Positions 9,552 through 18,399 of a stretch of DNA of 64,000 bases are shown piece after piece. Each line of letters begins with the position of its first letter. Position 1 is the stretch's first letter. Both the position numbers and the translations under genes were made by a program. Source of the stretch: Candidatus Sumerlaea chitinivorans (GTDB taxonomy: Bacteria; Sumerlaeota; Sumerlaeia; Sumerlaeales; Sumerlaeaceae); contig CP030759.1 in NCBI GenBank assembly GCA_003290465.1, positions 224,672-288,671 of the forward strand, read 5' to 3'. The notes beneath the pieces were generated by a model, which saw only the letters and a program-made list of their open reading frames with translations, was not told the origin of the DNA and did no database searches.

Positions 9552-11290
9552 GAGGGCAAAGCTTTTGTAGGGGAGCTTGTTGTGTCCTCAGGGGAGTGAT
9601 TCGGCGGCGTCGTGGGTAGTTCGGAAGCTGGTGTTCTTTGCGTTTGCGACGGGGAAGAATCAAGATCCGCCAAGATTCGTTGAGCAAAAGGATGAGAGGG
9701 GGCCACTTGAAGTGCTTGGCGCAGGTCGGTGCGTGCCGCACTCGTGTCTCCAAGCTTGGCCTGTACCGCCCCACGTACCGCAAGGCCCCATGCCGACTTA
9801 GGATTCAGTTGGAGTGCTCGCTCCGCATTTTCCAAAGCCTGTGCGTAAGCTCCGAGCTGGTATAGAACGAACGCTAAGTTTGCGCGTAGGGAGGCATCCT
9901 CTGGTTGGATCCGAAGTGCCTGCTCAAAGTGGTTGCGCGCCTCTTCCCATTGTCCCTCGCGAGCTTCTATCGTACCAAGCATCTGGTGGGCCACCCAGGC
10001 GTCGGGGTTGCGACGGACGGTATCTCTTAGAATTGTCTTGGCCGAGCCAAACATTTCTGCGCGCTGCATCGTCAACCAAGTCCAGAGCACAACAATGCCC
10101 CCGACAAGGCCGGCAAGGAGCCCGCGCCCATACCGGTTGCCCGCCGCTTGAAACAGACGAACGGCCGCAGAAGCCAAAAGTACGAGCGGACCGATGCTGG
10201 CCAAGTATTGGAAACGATCCGCCACATAGGCGTGCTGCATATAACTAAACGGAATAAGGCCGAGCGTGGGGAGAAGGGTGATTACGTAGAATGCCCACGC
10301 GAATGGAATCCCCCTACCGATTCGATGCTGCCAAGCAAATACCCCCACCATAACCAGAATGGCAAGAAGGGTAGGAATCCAACTGGTGATTCCAAGCCCG
10401 GCAAGGTCCCACTTGGCGTAAATGAGCGACTGGGGATAAGGAACAAGTAATTTCCAGAGGTAGAACCAAAAGGCGTGTCCCGCCAGCGCCACTCGCTGCA
10501 CGACTGGGAACTCGGTCGGTTGGCGACCACTGCGCATAGCCACGATTAGGTCCAAGGTGGCGAGGAGCCCAGCGATCGCCAGAAGTCCAAGCAGGAGCCG
10601 GTGCCGACGTCTGACCTGTGGCATCCCCCCACGCCACCACTCATAGAGAGCAGCTGCGACAGGAAATGTAATTGCGACACTCTTACTCCATACGGCGAGC
10701 ACGAAAAGCGCGATACAAGAGATCATGCCGAGTCGCTGCTGTGTTGAGGTGTGCGAAGAGGCAGTCGTGGAAGAAAGATAAGCGTGAGCTGCCAGTAGAT
10801 AGAAAAGTCCCGATAAAACGTCTTTAAGTTCAATTATCCATGCCACACTCTCCACATGGATGGGATGGATGCCAAAGAATAAAGCCCCGAGCCACGCCGC
10901 CGGAATCTGCATCCGACGCAGCAACAACCAGAGCAAGAGTGTGTTGACGACGTGAAGAACAATGTTTGTGAGCCGAAAAGCGAAGGCGTCCATACCCCAG
11001 ATGCGTGCTTGCAGCCAAAAGACAGTGTAGGTGACCGGCCAATAATGCTCTTCTAATTCGTTGCGAGGGGGATAATGCCAAAAATCTGCAAGTCCATCGG
11101 AACGGTGGAGGGCTGGGGTGCTATGCAGGCTCCAGTCATCCCACAACCAGCGATCTTCCGGAGTCGTGCGCACAGACAGCGACGGGAAGTACGCTGCCAA
11201 CGTGACACAGAGCAGGAAAAGGCCTAACAATACGAGACGGAGTCCCCTTGGGTGCACACTGGACGGGGGATTTAGGGAGTCCGATTCCAT
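9539..11290 (-). CDS. TMTC/PMT-like GT-C membrane glycosyltransferase with C-terminal TPR repeats (paralogue A). Start trimmed to MESDSLNPP. Ends in an S/T/P-rich tail.
   Basis: N-terminal polytopic region with EEHYWPVTYTVFWL and the HPIHVESVAWIIELK motif, which is DUF1736/PMT_2-like as in eukaryotic TMTC O-mannosyltransferases. Followed by at least three TPR units and a low-complexity tail (SPSQTQRTPASELPTTPPNHSPEDTTSSPT). Confidence 0.6.
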   Translation of the reverse strand: MESDSLNPPSSVHPRGLRLVLLGLFLLCVTLAAYFPSLSVRTTPEDRWLWDDWSLHSTPALHRSDGLADFWHYPPRNELEEHYWPVTYTVFWLQARIWGMDAFAFRLTNIVLHVVNTLLLWLLLRRMQIPAAWLGALFFGIHPIHVESVAWIIELKDVLSGLFYLLAAHAYLSSTTASSHTSTQQRLGMISCIALFVLAVWSKSVAITFPVAAALYEWWRGGMPQVRRRHRLLLGLLAIAGLLATLDLIVAMRSGRQPTEFPVVQRVALAGHAFWFYLWKLLVPYPQSLIYAKWDLAGLGITSWIPTLLAILVMVGVFAWQHRIGRGIPFAWAFYVITLLPTLGLIPFSYMQHAYVADRFQYLASIGPLVLLASAAVRLFQAAGNRYGRGLLAGLVGGIVVLWTWLTMQRAEMFGSAKTILRDTVRRNPDAWVAHQMLGTIEAREGQWEEARNHFEQALRIQPEDASLRANLAFVLYQLGAYAQALENAERALQLNPKSAWGLAVRGAVQAKLGDTSAARTDLRQALQVAPSHPFAQRILADLDSSPSQTQRTPASELPTTPPNHSPEDTTSSPTKALPSQSF

Positions 11291-11297
11291 ATTCTTG

Positions 11298-12965
11298 TCA
11301 CTCCGTGTACTTGTCGGCTCTGTAAAGCTCCATAATGAGACGTAGGGCAGATGTGGTTTCACCGAGCTGTTCAAGAAGAACCGCACGAGCGATCTTTGCT
11401 TGGCTTGCCGATGAGTCCAGCTCACAGGCACGTGCAAAGGCTTCCTCAGCGGCCTTGAGCTCCCCGCCCGCGGCGAGTGCCAGCCCCAAATTGAAGAGGG
11501 CAGAGGGGTGGTTCGGTGTCTTCTCTAATTGAAGACGGGCTTCCTGCAAAAGCGCGTCCTTACGAGGTTCCAAAGCTTTCAGCGATGTCCAGAAAGTGTT
11601 CGCGTACTCTTGCAAAACACGAGGATAATCCCCACGTTTTGCCAAGGCGTCTGCAAGGTAGTAGCGGGCAACAGTCGCTTCTGGATTTTTCGCAAGGGTA
11701 TCCCGGGCCAGACGTTCAATGTCAGCGAAGGTATTGGCGCGGACGAACGTTAGAATGCCAAGGACGCACATCACTGCCGTCGTTAGGAACACGCCAACTC
11801 GCTTCCCTTGCGGAACCCATCGAAGCGCGTTTGCTGTTAGCTCTGTTAGCGCACAAATCATAAAGACGCTTGCGTGATACACAAAACGGTCTGCGACAAA
11901 CGACTGGCGCTGGTATGAGAAGGGAACGACGCCAGTCACGGGCAGGAGCAACAGCACAAACGCTGTGCTCGCCGCAAAGAATCCAGCCGGCACGCTATTG
12001 GGGGCCATGCGGGGACGAATGATGCTTCGAACAACAATCACGGCCGTAGCGGTGACAAGCAAGAACAGAGAGAGAGTCGGGAGGAGACTGAGTAGTAGGC
12101 CCATGCGGAGAGGTTGCCACTTCGGATAAATCGCGCACAGCGCATCAGGCCAAATCAACTTCAGGACATAAAACCCTACGGTTTGTCCGATAAGCGCTAT
12201 GCGCTCCACTACGGAGAGATATTCCGTTGGTCGGCCGCTTCCCTGGACAATCCAGAGGTCGAGGACCACTAAGGCGACGGATAGGCTTAGCCAGAGTGCG
12301 AGGCTGGGAATTTCCCGCCGCAAGCGGTTGGGAAATCTCCACCACGTAAGAAGTCCTGCAATAAGCGGGAGGGGAGCGACTGCGCTCTTGGACCACATGG
12401 CCAAGACGTACAATCCGAGTACATCCCAAGGGAGAGCTCGAGTGGGTGGGTCCTGCTCAACTCTTCGGAGCCAGCGGCCAAGGGCGAGGGCTCCAAAAGT
12501 GAACGACAAGACATTCTTCAGTTCCACGATCCAAGCAACAGATTCCACGTGGAGAGGATGAACGGCAAAGATTGCGGCTCCGATCCAAGCACAGGAGATT
12601 TGAAGTCGCCGCGCGAGCCGGTAAACAAGGACCGCGTTTGTTGCGTGAAGGACAACATTCAGCAAATGAAATACCCAAGGCGAACCGCCAGCGCCAAGCC
12701 GGTGAAGCAGCCAAAACACCGTATACGTCACCGGCCAATAATGTTCTTCGAGGGGATCACTTCCGGGGCGAAACCAAATGCGCCCCAATCCAGCAAAGGA
12801 GGTTAGGAGCGGATTTTGAAGCGCAGCTTGATCGTCCCAGATGGTTCCACCCATTAAGGCTGGAACGTACACGAACATGGCGAGTCCCCAGAGGGCTAAC
12901 GAGGGATTCGTGAGGAAACGTCTTACAATCCCGCTTTGCCATAGGTTGGTGCGCTGAACATGCAT
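11298..12965 (-). CDS. TMTC/PMT-like GT-C membrane glycosyltransferase with C-terminal TPR repeats (paralogue B)
   Basis: Clear paralogue of the downstream gene. It shares the identical EEHYWPVTYTVFWL stretch, has AVHPLHVESVAWIVELKNVL, and has C-terminal TPRs. Tandem duplication. Confidence 0.6.
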   Translation of the reverse strand: MHVQRTNLWQSGIVRRFLTNPSLALWGLAMFVYVPALMGGTIWDDQAALQNPLLTSFAGLGRIWFRPGSDPLEEHYWPVTYTVFWLLHRLGAGGSPWVFHLLNVVLHATNAVLVYRLARRLQISCAWIGAAIFAVHPLHVESVAWIVELKNVLSFTFGALALGRWLRRVEQDPPTRALPWDVLGLYVLAMWSKSAVAPLPLIAGLLTWWRFPNRLRREIPSLALWLSLSVALVVLDLWIVQGSGRPTEYLSVVERIALIGQTVGFYVLKLIWPDALCAIYPKWQPLRMGLLLSLLPTLSLFLLVTATAVIVVRSIIRPRMAPNSVPAGFFAASTAFVLLLLPVTGVVPFSYQRQSFVADRFVYHASVFMICALTELTANALRWVPQGKRVGVFLTTAVMCVLGILTFVRANTFADIERLARDTLAKNPEATVARYYLADALAKRGDYPRVLQEYANTFWTSLKALEPRKDALLQEARLQLEKTPNHPSALFNLGLALAAGGELKAAEEAFARACELDSSASQAKIARAVLLEQLGETTSALRLIMELYRADKYTE

Positions 12966-13174
12966 TTCCCGTAATTGATGGAATGACGGTGTCTCCCCGC
13001 AATGGTTAAATCACAATGGGGGATACCTTTCAGTCATGGGAAGAACAAGAGGTCCCATGTAAGGCATACTGGTGAATGGAGGAGAAACAATCTTTTATCG
13101 AGAGGTGTTCAACCTATGAAAAGAAGGGGTGACGCTATAAAGCCGACTGGAGACAAACTCCATAACGCCTCGTG

Positions 13175-13564
13175 TCATTTCACGACATGTGGCTCGTACG
13201 GCATGTTGAGAGTACCAATTGAGCAGGTGGGGTCTGTGCCAATGGGATTGGCTGAGTAAACCCCATTTGCAGGACATTGGGGAACAACTTTGAGGTATCC
13301 TTCTCCCACCTTCGTAGTACCCGGCGGGGAAATCAGATCGTCGGGATATACAATTGTGCTGCCATTGGAAATGTGGAACTCCATGGCGTACTGCTCTTTC
13401 GCCTGAGAGATCTTGGCAAGATTCTCCTGACATGCCACTCCCCGTGCATTTTCGCGCTGACGCAACCACGTTGGAGCAGCGATCGCGACAACAATGGCAA
13501 TGATCGCCAACACAATGACAATCTCCAAGAGTGTGAAGGCGCGATATCGAAGGATTTGTTTCAT
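13175..13564 (-). CDS. Prepilin-type N-terminal cleavage/methylation-domain protein (type IV pilin or pseudopilin-like), paralogue 1
   Basis: MKQILRYRAFTLLEIVIVLAIIAIVVAIAAP: the class III signal peptide motif (A|FTLLE) followed by a hydrophobic helix. Conserved C-terminal Cys pair (PQCP...TCSIG). Start trimmed from the track ORF 13175..13639. Confidence 0.8.
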   Translation of the reverse strand: MKQILRYRAFTLLEIVIVLAIIAIVVAIAAPTWLRQRENARGVACQENLAKISQAKEQYAMEFHISNGSTIVYPDDLISPPGTTKVGEGYLKVVPQCPANGVYSANPIGTDPTCSIGTLNMPYEPHVVK

Positions 13565-13634
13565 GATCTTCCGCCTCACTCTGTCGCCTCGCTTCCTCGC
13601 TCGCGCTGTTGCTCCATCCCCACTTCGCTTCTTG

Positions 13635-13678
13635 TGCAAAAGAAAGGCGGCGGGAGAGCTTTCCCGCTTCCCGCCGCC
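13635..13678 (-). terminator. Rho-independent terminator between the two tandem pilin-like genes
   Basis: On the minus strand: GGCGGCGGGAAGCGGGAAAGCTCTCCCGCCGCC, a GC-rich stem of at least 10 bp, followed by TTTCTTTTG. Confidence 0.7.
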
Positions 13679-13736
13679 ACGACGTCACCCCCTCGCAAAA
13701 CTACGCGATAACCCTCACTTAAGTCAGCCTACCCAA

Positions 13737-14117
13737 TTAGGGCATGATGTGCGGCGTGAACGGTGCGTTGCTCGAGCCGATCGAGCAGGTCGGGTTGGTT
13801 CCGATTGGGTTGACGGTGTACGTTCCGCCCGACGGGCACTGCGGTTCGGCCTTCAGATACCCTTCTTTGTTGCCAGCGGTTGCGCCCGGCGGATCGATCA
13901 GCTCGGTCATCGTCACGGTGCCACCGTTCGACAGCTTGAACTCGAGAGCATATTGCTCCTTCGCGCCGTCGATCTTCGACAGGTTCTCTTGGCATGCCTG
14001 GCCACGCGAATTTTCACGTGCACGCAGGAAGGCCGGTACTGCGATCGCGATGATGATACCGATGATCGCCACCACGATCATAATCTCAACGAGGGTGAAA
14101 CCCTTGCGAGCCTTCAT
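13737..14117 (-). CDS. Prepilin-type N-terminal cleavage/methylation-domain protein (pilin or pseudopilin-like), paralogue 2
   Basis: MKARKGFTLVEIMIVVAIIGIIIAIAVPAF.... AGGAG sits 9 nt upstream of ATG 14117. The C-terminus PQCPSGGTYTVNPIGTNPTCSIGSS is paralogous to PQCPANGVYSANPIGTDPTCSIGTL of paralogue 1. Confidence 0.8.
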   Translation of the reverse strand: MKARKGFTLVEIMIVVAIIGIIIAIAVPAFLRARENSRGQACQENLSKIDGAKEQYALEFKLSNGGTVTMTELIDPPGATAGNKEGYLKAEPQCPSGGTYTVNPIGTNPTCSIGSSNAPFTPHIMP

Positions 14118-14275
14118 AGTTTTTGCTCCTTTCATGAGCTAAAATTGGATGCACACCGCTAAAGCCAACTGCGTGCCACACGTGGCCCATATAGATTCAA
14201 CAAAATAGAACGCTGAGAATAAAGGACTTAAAATAAATTACGTAACCAAAAGATATCGGTGGGAAGCATTAAAAT

Positions 14276-14314
14276 GTGTAAGCCGTTACACATCATGTGA
14301 ACGCAGGTTCACAT
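14276..14314. promoter_or_regulatory. Two adjacent inverted repeats in the divergent pilin/kpsF intergenic region: TGTGTAAgccGTTACACA (7/8) and ATGTGAACgcagGTTCACAT (perfect 8-4-8). Candidate operator.
   Basis: Read directly. The half-site TGTGAAC/GTTCACA recurs in the 29-bp palindrome at 50064..50092, upstream of another pilin-like gene. Confidence 0.5.
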
Positions 14315-14466
14315 ATTCCCATGCGGGCTCAACGTCCGTTGCAACCTAACAGGAAATGCTTGCGCGCACGACATCGTGGCAACGCTGCACCTCGTGAAGT
14401 GGCAGTGAAAAATGGGCGAAACTCCTTCTTGACGCGTTCGCATTCCCACATCACCCATTTGAAACT

Positions 14467-15471
14467 ATGAATGACCAACTAAGTGAAGCCACGTTAAAGC
14501 GTGCTCAGCAAGTCCTTAGGGATGAAGCAGACGCGCTACTCCGACTCGCTGATCGAATTGGTGAGCCATTCCACGCCGCTGTTGAAGCTATTCTGGCATG
14601 CAAAGGACGGGTTGTACTCACCGGGATGGGGAAGCATGGCATTGTCGCCAGAAAAATCGCTGCGACCCTTGCCAGCACGGGGACCCCTGCCTTCTACATG
14701 CACCCTGCCGAGGGGGCACACGGCGATCTCGGCATGATTAGCTCGGACGACCTTGTCATTGCGGTCAGTAATAGTGGAAACACGGACGAGGTCCTTGGCT
14801 GCATTCCCTATTTTAAACGCAATCACAATCTGCTCATTGCGATGACAGGCCGTCTGGACAGTGAGCTTGCGCGGCATGCTGATATTGTGCTCGATATAGG
14901 CGTCGAGCGGGAGGTGTGTCCGCTGAATCTTGCACCGACCACGAGTACAACCGTTGCCCTTGCGATGGGCGATGCGTTGGCGGTGGTCCTTCTCGAGCGT
15001 CGGGGCTTCAATGCCGAGGACTTTGCGCTCCGGCACCCGAGTGGAACATTGGGAAAGCGGCTCTTGTTAAAGGTGGCGGATCTGATCAAGCCCGACCGGA
15101 ACCCGATGATATCTCAGGATGCACGATTTGAGGAGGCGATCGAGGAAATAACCTCGAAACAATGTGGGGCTGTGAGCGTTGTTGATGCAGAGGGCCGCTT
15201 GGTGGGCATCATCACCGACGGAGATCTGCGCCGTATTTTCCAGCGGGAAGCGCGGCAAGGGACGCGGACAGTTGCCGAGGTCCTCAATCGGCCGGTTTCC
15301 GCACTCATGACGCGCAACCCGATGTTTGTGAGCAAGGAAACCCTCGCCGCCAAAGCCCTGAACATGATGGAAGATGGGCCACGGAAAATCTTTGTGCTTC
15401 CAGTCGTGGACGACGCCAAGCGCCCCATCGGAATGCTCCATCTCCACGACCTTGTGAGCGCAGGGGTGTAA
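14467..15471 (+). CDS. kdsD: KpsF/GutQ-family arabinose-5-phosphate isomerase (SIS domain plus tandem CBS domains)
   Basis: SIS motif VVLTGMGKHGIVARKIAATLASTGTPAFYMHPAE.HGDLGM and two C-terminal CBS domains, the standard KdsD/KpsF architecture. Kdo pathway, consistent with LPS. Confidence 0.85.
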   Translation: MNDQLSEATLKRAQQVLRDEADALLRLADRIGEPFHAAVEAILACKGRVVLTGMGKHGIVARKIAATLASTGTPAFYMHPAEGAHGDLGMISSDDLVIAVSNSGNTDEVLGCIPYFKRNHNLLIAMTGRLDSELARHADIVLDIGVEREVCPLNLAPTTSTTVALAMGDALAVVLLERRGFNAEDFALRHPSGTLGKRLLLKVADLIKPDRNPMISQDARFEEAIEEITSKQCGAVSVVDAEGRLVGIITDGDLRRIFQREARQGTRTVAEVLNRPVSALMTRNPMFVSKETLAAKALNMMEDGPRKIFVLPVVDDAKRPIGMLHLHDLVSAGV

Positions 15472-15608
15472 GGAAACAAGTAGAGCCGTCAGACTTCAGT
15501 CAGAGGAATCGCTATCCGCTGACACATACGGCGTTCCGCCTTGTGCTAAGCGAGGGGAGAGGAGTGGCCACTTAGCGTGATGTGGAGCAATGGCCGCACC
15601 CCCAAAGG

Positions 15609-16163
15609 TTATTTAACGAAACCGACAGCATGCGGCGGCCAGTATCGTAAGAAAACTACCCCGACAAGTTGACTCACTGGGATTGGACCATAATCGATAC
15701 TGTCCACACTGTTATTGCGGTTATCTCCTACCACGAAAATCTCACCGACTCCGACGCGCCAGCTTCGGCTTGGCATTCGAATGATTCGTGGGAACTCTGG
15801 GTTTTCGGCTCGGCCGTTGATGTAGAGAACTCCCTCGACCAGTTCGACAGCGTCCCCCTCAACAGCCACGACGCGTTTCGTAAGAAGTTCACCGGGGTTT
15901 TGGGAGTCCTCGAAGGCTACGATGTGTCCGCGGAGTTGCTCCCCTGCCCGTACCCGGCGAGTCAGAACGTAGTCGCCCACTTTCAGCGTTGGCTCCATGC
16001 TGGAAGAAATGACCTTGAAGCTACGCAAATCACCGCGCAGGAAACCTGCCCAGATGTATACCAAGAAAACAACCAGGAGAAATGAACTCACCCAACGTAT
16101 GGCAGATATTCGGTGTGGATATGAACTGAATATCGGGCGGTGTTGGGGCGTTCCTTCGTTCAT
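15609..16163 (-). CDS. lepB: Signal peptidase I (S26 family)
   Basis: N-terminal TM segment; SSSMEPTL (catalytic Ser box), GDNRNNSVDS and the C-terminal box GVVFLRYWP. Confidence 0.85.
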   Translation of the reverse strand: MNEGTPQHRPIFSSYPHRISAIRWVSSFLLVVFLVYIWAGFLRGDLRSFKVISSSMEPTLKVGDYVLTRRVRAGEQLRGHIVAFEDSQNPGELLTKRVVAVEGDAVELVEGVLYINGRAENPEFPRIIRMPSRSWRVGVGEIFVVGDNRNNSVDSIDYGPIPVSQLVGVVFLRYWPPHAVGFVK

Positions 16164-16254
16164 CGGCTTGGTGAAATAGGCGCAATTAAGAAGGAAAAAT
16201 CACGCAAATAATTTAGTTTGCTAAGCTTCCACGATATTCCCAAATAGGTGCCCG

Positions 16255-17073
16255 ATGTCACGATTGGCTACAGAAAGCTTGGTAAAAGAGTTTAGCGGAC
16301 GCCGTGTGGTGGACGGTGTTTCCTTGGAGCTGCGAAAAGGCGAAATCGTTGGCTTGTTAGGGGCCAATGGCGCCGGGAAGTCGACCACATTCAATATGAT
16401 TGTGGGCTTTCTGCGACCAACTTCGGGTCGGATTTTGCTTAATGATCAGGATATCACCGGTCTCCCAATGCACCACCGGGCGCGCTTGGGGATTGGGTAT
16501 CTGGCGCAAGACATGTCCATTTTTCGCAAGCTGACCGTCGAAGAGAATATCTTAGCGATCTTGGAAACAACCAAGCTGCCGAGAGAAAAGCAACGCGAAC
16601 GCCTTGAGATGTTACTTGAAGAACTTGGGATTGCCCATTTGGCAAAAAGTCGTGCTTACACGCTTTCGGGCGGCGAGCGGCGGCGCGTGGAGATTGCCCG
16701 AGCGTTAGTGCACGAACCCGATTTCATTTTGTTGGACGAGCCATTTTCTGGGGTAGACCCGAAAGCAGTTGAGGAGCTTCAGGATATCATCTTCCACATG
16801 CAGGCACGTGGTCTGGGAGTTCTCATCACCGACCACAATGTTCGCGAAACACTGAGTGTGACGGACCGTTCGTACATCATTTTTGAAGGCCGGGTGATGC
16901 TCTCTGGCACAGCCGAAGAGCTTGTCAACAGTCCTGAGGCGCGCAAATACTACCTCGGGGAACGTTTCTATATGGATGTTTCGCGCATCGAGCAACGCAA
17001 GCGTGAGCTGACCCACAAGACCTCCTTGCCTCCTTTGAAGGCTGATGGTGTAGAAGGCGAACCGAAGCGTTGA
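16255..17073 (+). CDS. lptB: LPS export ABC transporter ATP-binding protein LptB
   Basis: Walker A GANGAGKST, Q-loop, LSGGERRRVEIARAL signature and Walker B ILLDEP. The N-terminus LVKEFSGRRVVDGVSLEL and C-terminus YYLGERF match the LptB pattern. The neighbouring kdsD supports the LPS context. Confidence 0.75.
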   Translation: MSRLATESLVKEFSGRRVVDGVSLELRKGEIVGLLGANGAGKSTTFNMIVGFLRPTSGRILLNDQDITGLPMHHRARLGIGYLAQDMSIFRKLTVEENILAILETTKLPREKQRERLEMLLEELGIAHLAKSRAYTLSGGERRRVEIARALVHEPDFILLDEPFSGVDPKAVEELQDIIFHMQARGLGVLITDHNVRETLSVTDRSYIIFEGRVMLSGTAEELVNSPEARKYYLGERFYMDVSRIEQRKRELTHKTSLPPLKADGVEGEPKR

Positions 17074-17076
17074 ACC

Positions 17077-17871
17077 ATGGACAAATCTGGTGAGGTGACA
17101 CGCCCCCCCGAAGCAGTGGATTTTTTGGGGGTCCCGATTGCTCGGCTCACTGCCAAGGAGTTTATTTCTTGGTTTTGTGAAGAGCTGGAAAGGCGAGCCA
17201 AGGCTGACCCATGCTTGCGCCCTTTGTTTGTTACCTATCTCAATGCAGCGTGCTCAAACCTTGCCGAGAAGAACAAACAGTACTGCGAGACTTTACGATC
17301 TGCCGACCTCGTCTATGCCGATGGGCAGGCGATTGTGTGGGCAAGCAAATTCCTTGGAGACCCGCTGCCGGAGCGGGTGAATGCCGCCGATTTTTTCCCG
17401 GAGTTTTGCGCCGCCGTCGCACAAAGGGGATGGTCGCTTTACCTTGTGGGGTCGCCAGAAGGCGTGGCAGCGGCAGCGGCTGGAACCTTTCAGCAGCTTG
17501 TACCTCATCTTCGTGTTTCTGGGACCCACCACGGGTATTTCGATCTTGAAGATCAGCGGGTTGTCGAGGCGGTCCGCGCGTCCGGAGCGGATATTCTTGT
17601 GGTCGGCATGGGGGTGCCCCGGCAAGAGCTCTGGGCCAAGCGCCATCTTGAGGCGTTCGGCGTGAAGGCTGTGTGGTGTGTCGGTGCCATGTTTGAGTAT
17701 TTTGCCGGCTATCGGGCACGTGCGCCCCGCTGGATGCGACGAGCCGGCTTAGAGTGGCTTTTTCGTCTCGTGCTCGAGCCACGCCGGTTGTGGCGCCGGT
17801 ACGTGATCGGGAATACGGTTTTCATTTTTCGGGTTCTGCGAGCAAGGTTCTGGAGCCAGCGTGAGAAGTAA
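17077..17871 (+). CDS. WecB/TagA/CpsF-family glycosyltransferase (GT26)
   Basis: 264 aa. FLGVPIARLT...VTYLNAA...YADGQAIVWASKFLG...ILVVGMGVPRQELW: GT26 signature blocks. Starts 4 nt after the lptB stop, suggesting an operon. Confidence 0.78.
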   Translation: MDKSGEVTRPPEAVDFLGVPIARLTAKEFISWFCEELERRAKADPCLRPLFVTYLNAACSNLAEKNKQYCETLRSADLVYADGQAIVWASKFLGDPLPERVNAADFFPEFCAAVAQRGWSLYLVGSPEGVAAAAAGTFQQLVPHLRVSGTHHGYFDLEDQRVVEAVRASGADILVVGMGVPRQELWAKRHLEAFGVKAVWCVGAMFEYFAGYRARAPRWMRRAGLEWLFRLVLEPRRLWRRYVIGNTVFIFRVLRARFWSQREK

Positions 17872-17895
17872 TCCTCTCTTTACCCCGCAGTAGCC

Positions 17896-18156
17896 CTAAC
17901 GTCCTGCCGAGTAAGCTTTGGCCACGTAGCCTTTGCCCTCATCTTCCCAGACGTAGATGGTGGTCCCTGTCTGATTGGTGGTGACTATGTAGCGGGGGAG
18001 TAGGGAGGCGCCAATGATAGGCGTCTGCGCCTGAGCCGTAGCTACAAAAGAGCTGGCCACGGGTGGCTGACCCGAGAGCGGAGCAAGCAGGCGTAGGCCA
18101 ACGTCCAGCGCCAAGAGAGCGGCGATCACACCAAGCATCCATTTTGTCGAGTTCAT
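17896..18156 (-). CDS. Small secreted hypothetical protein (86 aa, signal peptide). Trimmed from the track ORF 17896..18414.
   Basis: Internal start MNSTKWMLGVIAALLALDVGL is preceded by AGGAGA. The upstream extension has no coding-like composition. Confidence 0.4.
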   Translation of the reverse strand: MNSTKWMLGVIAALLALDVGLRLLAPLSGQPPVASSFVATAQAQTPIIGASLLPRYIVTTNQTGTTIYVWEDEGKGYVAKAYSAGR

Positions 18157-18399
18157 GGGGTTTTCTCCTGCCGTATGTTTCGCTGCTGAGTCAGGTGGCC
18201 TGTTCTCGTCCCCGAATTCCCAGCAGCCGTATAAGTTTTTGAGGTTGAACTCATGTCGGACTTGACCACAAAAGGTTATTCCTATCAGCAAGAAAATCGC
18301 GCGACAATCTGCGATGGGTCGTGCAAGACGACAGTTTGGTGAAGGAGATTGACGGTGAGCGCTCAGGTCACATCGGCACCACGGAAAGTTCGTAAGAAT

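Noticed and set aside
13095-13688. 197-aa minus-strand ORF and 13277..13711 plus-strand ORF overlapping the pilin-like gene
   Set aside because: Alternative frames or strands of the pilin-like gene. The prepilin signal motif identifies the real frame.
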